Assembly (NCBI RefSeq): GCF_001194135.2
Contig: NC_068992.1
Location: 53,534,907-53,581,046, forward strand
From: Octopus bimaculoides
Taxonomy: Eukaryota
Length of the DNA: 46,140 nt
Direction: 5' to 3'
The notes under the pieces were generated by a model, which saw only the letters and a program-made list of their open reading frames with translations, was not told the origin of the DNA and made no database searches. A program made the translations under genes and the position numbers. Of the stretch, positions 36,802 to 46,140 are shown in pieces; the stretch's first letter is position 1; every line of letters begins with the position of its first letter.

Positions 36802-38480
36802 NNNNNNNNNNNNNNNNNNNNNNNNNNNNNNNNNNNNNNNNNNNNNNNNNNNNNNNNNNNNNNNNNNNNNNNNNNNNNNNNNNNNNNNNNNNNNNNNNNN
36901 NNNNNNNNNNNNNNNNNNNNNNNNNNNNNNNNNNNNNNNNNNNNNNNNNNNNNNNNNNNNNNNNNNNNNNNNNNNNNNNNNNNNNNNNNNNNNNNNNNNN
37001 NNNNNNNNNNNNNNNNNNNNNNNNNNNNNNNNNNNNNNNNNNNNNNNNNNNNNNNNNNTATATATATGAACTCGCGCACGCTTGTGTGTGTGTGTAAGTA
37101 TCATTATGCCATTTTAAAACTTGTAAATATGTGCATATCTTTGCTTCGGAGATGTATTTTTCTGGCAAATAGTTTAACCCGAAATTGAAAAATAATCATA
37201 AAATGAAAGCTCACAAAATAAAAGTTGTTAACAGCACTTGATTGTTATTTGATATCTTAATATTCGTCGAACTCTCTTACAACTTGTCTGCTAACACAGC
37301 TCCATTGCAACTCCGCAGTATGTTGTCTGTGAATAGTTCGCATTTAGTGCGACGAAAATTTAGACACCAAATGGTAAATGTTTAAGTATCTGTGTACTTT
37401 TGAATGGCTAATACGCGACTTCCACGATGGAATTACTTGTACATATGTATATCTTAATATGTAACAGAGTTAATTTTGCAGACATTCCTATAATAGTCTT
37501 TCATTTGAAAGAGAATTACGCTAATATATTTGTCTCTCAATTTGAATCTAATTAGCTTTGTGTTTCTCCGTTTCGGTATGGCTTTATTGCATTCGTTGCC
37601 TCTTTCTCTTTTTCCTCACACACGGGCACGCACACTTTCTATTTCTCCCTCTCTCTCTTTCTCTGTCTCTATCTCTCTCTCTTCTTCTTCTCCCTGTCTC
37701 CTCATTTCTTCTCTGGTGTCCGTCTTCCTTTGATGCACTTATCTTTAATTCAATACTTTCTCAATTTCTCTCAGGCCATTGTATCAACACCTCTCATAGA
37801 AAACTTGAAATCAAATTAATTATTCACGCTTATTTGAAACCCATATCGAGGTATTTTGTCGTTCAATTCTTACCCATTTCGCACTTCCATCTGTCATCAT
37901 TCCGCTCCGCAACAGTTTTGGTCATTTGCATATAGGTCACAAAGTATGAAAACTCGAATACTCAAGCTCTAAATTAATGTAATCGAATCTTTCATCACTA
38001 TGGTAATGAACTTCAAGAAATATATATTTTGTCAAAGTTTTGCAATTGTCTAGTCACACAAATGGGCAGTGTTTCAGATGTTAGATAATTATTAATTATA
38101 TATAGATATTTCTTCACGACATTGTTGCAGGATAATAAATCCGGTCTTCATAGTCTGTAATCATATGATTGTTTATGAATGTATCTTAGTACTATGAAGC
38201 AGTATCGTTTCTTTGAACACTCATCCGTGACTCACACTACCATGACCATTAGCCATGTTTTAAAGCATATACTGTAATCAGTAAACATCTGTGATATTAC
38301 TCCACATTAATTCTACACTACCGTCTTCACAAAGTTTACTTTTATTTGCAGTGTATCGTGCATTTAATGTATGACTTATATTTCATTTAATGTTTTCATT
38401 AAATATTGTCAACAAATGATGATACCAAGAAAGTTTCTAAAAGCCACATAATCTAATCTCCAGAATAACTAATCTCCTAA

Positions 38481-38692
38481 AGCGGCGAGCTGTCTGAGAC
38501 CTTAGAACGCCGGATAAACTGCTTAGCGGTATTTCGTCTGTCTTACGTTCTGAGCTCAAGTTCCACCGAGGTCGACTTTGCCTTTCATCCTTTCAGGGGT
38601 TGATAAATTAAGTACCAGTTGTGTACTAGGGTTGATCTAATCGACTGGCCCCCACTCGCTCGAAATTTCAGGCCTTGTGCCTAGAGTCTAAA
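38481..38692 (+). mobile_element. SINE family B, full length, with a 19-bp target-site duplication
   Basis: gcggcgagctg...gcttagcggtatttcg...gaggtcgactttgcctttcatcctttc...ggccttgtgcctagag. Flanked by AGAATAACTAATCTCCTAA at 38462-38480 and 38693-38711. Confidence 0.93.
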
Positions 38693-39000
38693 AGAATAAC
38701 TAATCTCCTAATTTCAATGTATCTTTGGTGGGTAAAATGAGAAAATGCACCTAATTTTATTAGTCTCTTCTTTTAACACCAAAAGATTGTTGTTTTCCAG
38801 CAGAATTGTATATCACTGTCAACAGTAGAGACTGTTTTCTTTTCCGTCTTTCTTGCATACCAGTCATTTCCTGACAGTAAGATTTGATGTAAGTTAATCC
38901 CTGTTGCAAAATTCAATAATGGATTTGCAAACTACTGTGCATTACCGTAACCTTTGTTGGTGCAGCGGTTATTTTGTAAAGTGCTTTGGAGATTAGTTTG

Positions 39001-39420
39001 CGTCCAGAATGGATAACTGCTCCTAGATCTGGGACGGTGTAGCTGTTACAATGGCATCTAGGATATTAACCACACGTCTAATTGGTACTCCTTCACTAAC
39101 GGATGCAACCAACCCCTATCCCACAAGGTTCTTTTCATTTTCTTTCTGTCATTTCGATCGCCATTACAATGGCTCTTCCGTGCTGGCTGTTCTTGTATCC
39201 TTTCAACTCAGACACTCCTATCTCACTGACCACTCCAACCATCGATACACTGCGTCAGAGAAAGTCCACTACACTCATACTCAATACTAAATACTATGCA
39301 TAAGCCTTCATCCCCAGAACATCATCCTGCTGAAATCTTTTCGCAGATCATGTCTCTTTTGACCAGCAACAATTTAAACAGAACATTAATTACATCGATC
39401 TCATCAGCTTGGACAGTCTT
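39001..39420 (+). mobile_element. 5'-truncated CR1/L2-group LINE, degraded ORF2 C-terminus
   Basis: Remnants RP/MDNCS*IWDGVAVT (like RP.MEYCS.IWDG), RLIGTPSLTD...FCHFDRHYNG..VLAVLV..LRHS..T..SNHRY and YA*AFIPRTSSC*NL...QQFKQNINYIDL (like SFIPRT..LWN.LP.......FK..IN), in the expected order. Confidence 0.8.
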
Positions 39421-40443
39421 CGAGGGTTATGCTTTGTTACTTTCCCCTAGAATCATCATGAACGAATAGCGTTTGTTAGTATAAAACGATATACATTTTC
39501 CCATCAGAGATCACACTACATTGCAAAAGTATGCGGACCCCATTTATTCAAGTATTGTCATTTCTGCTCTCACATATATGGTTGTAAACATGAATACTAC
39601 TACGTCTGCTGCAAGTTGTCCAGCATTTATTTCCAGCAGTTGTTTCAATGGATCATCATTTGTGACAGTCAGTCTTTTCTCGTGATTTTATTTGAAAGAA
39701 TATATCTCCAGATTAAAACTTTGTCTGCAGATAGACACTTCTGAAATTACTGTATTGTTTACAGAATAATTGAACTCTCTCGAATGTCGAAGCTATGTTT
39801 TTAGTACATTCTGTTGCATTATTTCCTCACTCAAATCCGCTCCATAAGAGAAGTTGTGTGCATTCAACAGTTACCATGTTATCACGGCCTACAATGGCTA
39901 CTAAACTAATGTTTACAAGGCAAACATTATCTGGAAACTGAAGCGAAATAAATATAAAAGCTAAACCAACTAAAGCAAAGTGGAATAAATGACAAGCTGC
40001 ATTTCTCAAAATCCGTACAACTCCTAAAAAAATATTTCATATAGAAAAGCATTTAGTGTGGAATAACCAAAATATTTACTGCCCTATGGACTGGTCTTAC
40101 GAGTAAGTGAACACACAGTTTAAGAGCTGGATGCGGTACACGATCGATGAATGATTGAACTTTAGTGATTATTCTTGTACTCTGTATAGATACGCTGGGC
40201 GTCACACCCCTCATAATGCCGCTTCACTTTAGTTTCCATTTTTTTTTTCATTCACGCTCACATATATTTCATGGTCCGATTATATAAACTAAAGCATAAA
40301 TATACATCAGTGTTACTGGAACTTGTTTTACATCTGTGCAAGTAAATGATTATGCGCACACACATATATCCACAAGTAAGTAACTATATGCATATACTCA
40401 GACACACACAAACACACACACATATATATACATGTGTGTGTAT

Positions 40444-40513
<70 letters not shown>

Positions 40514-41500
40514 GCACATATGTACACACATATTACTTTGTAACCTTCTCCAGTCTGTTTTCTCTCGATATCGAAAACCGCTTTATAATCACCAACAATG
40601 TGCTGAAATGGCGATATTCTAACAACCTCAATGAACGCATAAATTGTCTTTTTACTAGGCTTATTTATTTAACAGGTGAAGTGGATGTAAAATAATTTCG
40701 TTGCATTTCTAAGCCTTTCTCCACTCCAACTGTCTTTCTCCCTTTTTCGTGTTTCTCTTTTTCTATCTCTCAGACTGTCTGTTTTTCTCTCTCTGTCTCT
40801 CTACAACAAATTTCACTAAAACATCTATTTGTATTAGAGCACGAACAAAATAACATTTTTCATGTCAAGTGATTTCCTATAGTTATTTATACATGCAAAT
40901 AATAATAATAATAATAATAATAGAAAATACCAGAAACAGTAGCAACAACACGAACACCAACAAGGAACAATAAGGCTGACAAAAACCTTTAAGTTTAGAT
41001 AGAACCGCATGGAATTAATTGAATGCGCCAAGAGAAAATGGAAAGCAAATATCATTACAATGAACAATTATTCGATATTCCAGCAATAACAAAAACAACC
41101 CGTATAACAACTACAACAGCAAAAGCAAAGACGATAAGAACGATTGTAATATGAGGAATAAGTAGAACGAGAATAATAATATTAATAATGTTGATGGAGT
41201 TAATAAAAATAATGATGATGATGATGATGATAATAATAATAATAATGATAATGGCTTGATCAGAAAACAGTTTTGCTTCCTCTTTTCATATAAATTCTAA
41301 AGCAAATCTTAAATAAATAAGCTTTGTTCGTATAAAGGTTCATGCTTGAATTAATGGGCTAATTTTATATAAGATGGAATATATTTAAATATATTATTCC
41401 ATCACATATGATGTGATTGTTTTACACAGTGAGCAAAAAGGTAAAAATATGTGTTTGTGTGTGTGTGTGTCTTTGTGTATGTGTTTGCGTGTTTCTCTGC

Positions 41501-41544
<44 letters not shown>

Positions 41545-42925
41545 TGGTGGAGAGAAAGATTAACGTTGAATAGAAAATCAGAAACAGAGACAGATAAATT
41601 GGCAAACAAAAACATGTATGTATGTAATTTTTCACGTGTATGAACACGTATAATGTGAGCGTGTGTATGTGGGCTTGTGTGTACCTATTTCTCATAAACG
41701 AAAATTGATTATGTTCCTTCGTTCAATAAAAATATAATTCGATGAAATGTAAAGTTTATCGTTCGTATTTATGGTGAGGGATATTTGTAGTGTCTTAACT
41801 GAAGCAGATATTATGGGTAAACAGCAAACTCACAGCAAACAGGTGTTAATATGTAAATATGCTTGTAAGCGTGTGGATTTGTGTGTGTGTGTGAGTGAGA
41901 GAGAAGAGGCCTAGGAGTTCAGGTGTTGCAATTATAGTCGCAAAATTGTTTCCATTCACAAAAATCGATCGTCATGTATTCTTGAGTAAAACATCTTTTC
42001 ATGTTATTCAGTGAGCACTTCGACATCTGATGTATGTTAAACCATGCACCTGTACATGAATTGTCGATCTCATGAATGAAGTAAACGCTAAGACACAGCA
42101 CAAACAGTTGGTCACTATAGCCAAATCATCTGTGCAGGTTGCTCAACAAGTGGTGGAAGACCACTCATTATCGCCTACGGCAGGAAAACCCGCGATGCAT
42201 ACGTATACATGTATGTGCATGCATGAGTAGGCGTATAAGTAAATATTTCGGCATATGAGTGCAGACACTCACATATTGACATACACAAAAGAAGCAAGAC
42301 GATAAAAAAAAACAGAAATCCTCAATGGATAGTATATCAGACCCCGATTTTGCAAATTCATTGAAATAGCTGTCGGTTGTCTATCTACTCCACATTTAGA
42401 GCATTCAACGACAATATGAGACTTCAAAGACAGTTGCTCCCATAAATTCTAAAATAAATTGTAAGATTCGTGGAGGTTCAAAGTTGGGAACGCAAGCGGA
42501 ACAGTGAAGACATACAAGGAAACAGAAGGAAAACAAACATGTGTGTGTACATATCTGCAAATGTGTTGCTACTTTCTATCTACAAATGAAATTGAATGAC
42601 TAGGAGACTCGCAAGTCTACGTCATTTCCTGATGATATAAACATACCAATAAGTTTTATGCCGTAAGCAAGAACAGTATTCTACAGTTCCGGAGAGAAAG
42701 ATTCACAGCGTAAAGAAAAATAGAAGGATAAACTGGAGTTAATGAGATTGAGAATGAATGCAGAAGGGAGATAATAAACTTACTAATCTAAACAGATTTA
42801 CAAATCTGTTAGAAAACATGCGGATAAATATACATACATTACATGTGTATGTGTGTGTGTATGCATAAATATATATATATATTCACAGCAGGAGAATGAT
42901 ACAGAATTAAATATCTATCTATCTA

Positions 42926-42961
<36 letters not shown>

Positions 42962-42967
42962 AAGTGT

Positions 42968-43058
42968 AGTATATTGCCACTTAAGTGTGGCTGACCCCTA
43001 GGGGTGGATGTTACTGTTGCTTTTAGCCCCAGGAGGACATCTCCTCCAGCTGGCTTAT
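42968..43058. repeat. Interspersed repeat X, copy 2 (truncated at (TA)n)
   Basis: 90/91 identical to 35643-35733, in the same orientation. Confidence 0.88.
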
Positions 43059-44211
43059 ATATATATATATGTATATATGTATATGTATATATATGTATAN
43101 NNNNNNNNNNNNNNNNNNNNNNNNNNNNNNNNNNNNNNNNNNNNNNNNNNNNNNNNNNNNNNNNNNNNNNNNNNNNNNNNNNNNNNNNNNNNNNNNNNNN
43201 NNNNNNNNNNNNNNNNNNNNNNNNNNNNNNNNNNNNNNNNNNNNNNNNNNNNNNNNNNNNNNNNNNNNNNNNNNNNNNNNNNNNNNNNNNNNNNNNNNNN
43301 NNNNNNNNNNNNNNNNNNNNNNNNNNNNNNNNNNNNNNNNNNNNNNNNNNNNNNNNNNNNNNNNNNNNNNNNNNNNNNNNNNNNNNNNNNNNNNNNNNNN
43401 NNNNNNNNNNNNNNNNNNNNNNNNNNNNNNNNNNNNNNNNNNNNNNNNNNNNNNNNNNNNNNNNNNNNNNNNNNNNNNNNNNNNNNNNNNNNNNNNNNNN
43501 NNNNNNNNNNNNNNNNNNNNNNNNNNNNNNNNNNNNNNNNNNNNNNNNNNNNNNNNNNNNNNNNNNNNNNNNNNNNNNNNNNNNNNNNNNNNNNNNNNNN
43601 NNNNNNNNNNNNNNNNNNNNNNNNNNNNNNNNNNNNNNNNNNNNNNNNNNNNNNNNNNNNNNNNNNNNNNNNNNNNNNNNNNNNNNNNNNNNNNNNNNNN
43701 NNNNNNNNNNNNNNNNNNNNNNNNNNNNNNNNNNNNNNNNNNNNNNNNNNNNNNNNNNNNNNNNNNNNNNNNNNNNNNNNNNNNNNNNNNNNNNNNNNNN
43801 NNNNNNNNNNNNNNNNNNNNNNNNNNNNNNNNNNNNNNNNNNNNNNNNNNTATATATAAATATATAAATATGAAACATCTTGCTTGTTCTTAAGTGTCTT
43901 TCAGGGATATTGATATGAATTTTACTGTCACACTCTCACACAAATACACAGGAATGCAAGTGTGTGTGTGTGTGCGTGAATGTGTGAGAGAGAGAGGGAG
44001 ACAGGAGAAATAAGAATAAAAACGACATTCTGGTATTCTTACTAAATTGGTTTAAAGCCCTGTGTAGGTGTTCCAAGTGCCATTAGTGCAATTTTTTGTC
44101 TGTGTGTGTCTGTGGTGCAATTTTGACGTATGAGTTATGGAAAGATTCAATAATCTTTCGGCTACCATATGGAGTATGTTCTATTTACAACAACTCTGTT
44201 TTACGAAGTAA

Positions 44212-44453
44212 ATGACCTCGAAGACTAGGTCGGGTCGCATAATTTTAAGGTCATTTTTGGACAATATTCGTTTCCCTTCATTGATTGGGATGCACTGCGT
44301 GTTCACTGATTGGTACAATTTCAAATCAACCTTTTCTTATCAGAGACATGTACTGCAATGCCAGTTGGTCGTGGTGTTATTGTTATCAACGTCCCGGGCA
44401 ACGCCGGAGTGCATCGTGTGTGGTGCGTACGTTCTGCTTGAACTCGAAAATTG

Positions 44454-44511
<58 letters not shown>

Positions 44512-44576
44512 TATATATATAATACAACGTGGCTCCGTGTCATAGCACCCGAGCAACGCCAGGGTGTATTGCTAGT
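44212..44576 (+). mobile_element. Helitron-like non-autonomous element with duplicated 3'-terminal hairpin
   Basis: CCCGAGCAACGCCAGGG (44548-44564) is followed by tgtattg and then CTAG|T (44572-44576), the canonical Helitron 3' layout. A second CCCGGGCAACGCCGG lies at 44393-44407. The 5' boundary is uncertain. Confidence 0.5.
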
Positions 44577-46045
44577 GTGTGTATATANNNNNNNNNNNNN
44601 NNNNNNNNNNNNNNNNNNNNNNNNNNNNNNNNNNNNNNNNNNNNNNNNNNNNNNNNNNNNNNNNNNNNNNNNNNNNNNNNNNNNNNNNNNNNNNNNNNNN
44701 NNNNNNNNNNNNNNNNNNNNNNNNNNNNNNNNNNNNNNNNNNNNNNNNNNNNNNNNNNNNNNNNNNNNNNNNNNNNNNNNNNNNNNNNNNNNNNNNNNNN
44801 NNNNNNNNNNNNNNNNNNNNNNNNNNNNNNNNNNNNNNNNNNNNNNNNNNNNNNNNNNNNNNNNNNNNNNNNNNNNNNNNNNNNNNNNNNNNNNNNNNNN
44901 NNNNNNNNNNNNNNNNNNNNNNNNNNNNNNNNNNNNNNNNNNNNNNNNNNNNNNNNNNNNNNNNNNNNNNNNNNNNNNNNNNNNNNNNNNNNNNNNNNNN
45001 NNNNNNNNNNNNNNNNNNNNNNNNNNNNNNNNNNNNNNNNNNNNNNNNNNNNNNNNNNNNNNNNNNNNNNNNNNNNNNNNNNNNNNNNNNNNNNNNNNNN
45101 NNNNNNNNNNNNNNNNNNNNNNNNNNNNNNNNNNNNNNNNNNNNNNNNNNNNNNNNNNNNNNNNNNNNNNNNNNNNNNNNNNNNNNNNNNNNNNNNNNNN
45201 NNNNNNNNNNNNNNNNNNNNNNNNNNNNNNNNNNNNNNNNNNNNNNNNNNNNNNNNNNNNNNNNNNNNNNNNNNNNNNNNNNNNNNNNNNNNNNNNNNNN
45301 NNNNNNNNNNNNNNNNNNNNNNNNNNNNNNNNNNNNNNNNNNNNNNNNNNNNNNNNNNNNNNNNNNNNNNNNNNNNNNNNNNNNNNNNNNNNNNNNNNNN
45401 NNNNNNNNNNNNNNNNNNNNNNNNNNNNNNNNNNNNNNNNNNNNNNNNNNNNNNNNNNNNNNNNNNNNNNNNNNNNNNNNNNNNNNNNNNNNNNNNNNNN
45501 NNNNNNNATATATATACATGTATATATATATATACATATGCATATACATATTTATATTCATATATATGTGTGTGTGTCTGTGTGTGGGTGTGTGTAATAT
45601 TTATCTAATTATATATATATTTATACTTATATATTTGTGTGTATGTATGCATGTATTCATTTAATTATATGTGTGTGTATGTGTGTGTGTGTATATATAT
45701 TCATATATGCAGGGGTGATAAAAGCTAAATGGATCTAAAAGATAGGTGTATATATATAATGTTCATGCTTTCATCAGCAACATTTAGTAAGTGACGAAAT
45801 AGTCGAGAGTTTTGTGTGTGCCCCATATCAAACTGAATTAAAAATACACAAGTTTGTTAGCGATCATGTATATGTATCAATACGTCTATATTTGCTTATA
45901 TGACTATACATATGCGTGTATATTCTTTTGTAATTATATATTTATAAAAATATATATTACGTATCCATGCAGGAAAGTATGATTGCGTTTATATGCAGAT
46001 TGCAACGTGTGGTTTGCTAATTTATGCATCTGCGTACACATACAC

Positions 46046-46099
<54 letters not shown>

Positions 46100-46140
46100 G
46101 TATGTATATGTATTATATATATATATATATATATATATAT

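Noticed and set aside
39513-39541. cactacattgcaaaagtatgcggacccc, resembling a Tc1-type TIR
   Set aside because: No matching opposite TIR or transposase remnant was found.
42060-42230. Open frame IVDLMNEVNAKTQHKQLVTIAKSSVQVAQQVVEDHSLSPTAGKP
   Set aside because: No credible acceptor, and it runs into a simple repeat.

Overview
AT-rich, microsatellite-dense, gap-ridden eukaryotic (animal) intronic/intergenic DNA. No host protein-coding gene is identifiable. Nearly all listed ORFs are artefacts of dinucleotide/trinucleotide repeats or N-runs. The tRNA-derived SINE families resemble, from memory, those described in octopus, so an octopod genome is likely (inference). Supported content: three tRNA-headed SINE families (here called A, B, C; more than 25 copies or fragments); a young 5'-truncated R4/Dong-clade non-LTR retrotransposon inserted in a (TAA)n array; a fossil hAT transposase (about 12.5-13.6 kb); a CR1/L2-group LINE 3' end (about 39.0-39.4 kb); Helitron-like 3' termini (about 44.4-44.6 kb); a roughly 360-bp diverged palindrome (17.07-17.43 kb); a near-identical, hairpin-rich 91-bp repeat present twice; and an Illumina adapter remnant assembled at a contig end (18288-18304). 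One 45-nt candidate micro-exon was seen but is unproven. I found no convincing novel multi-gene system. The most notable signals are microsatellite-targeted retroelements, potential dsRNA-forming inverted repeats and SINE modularity/chimerism.
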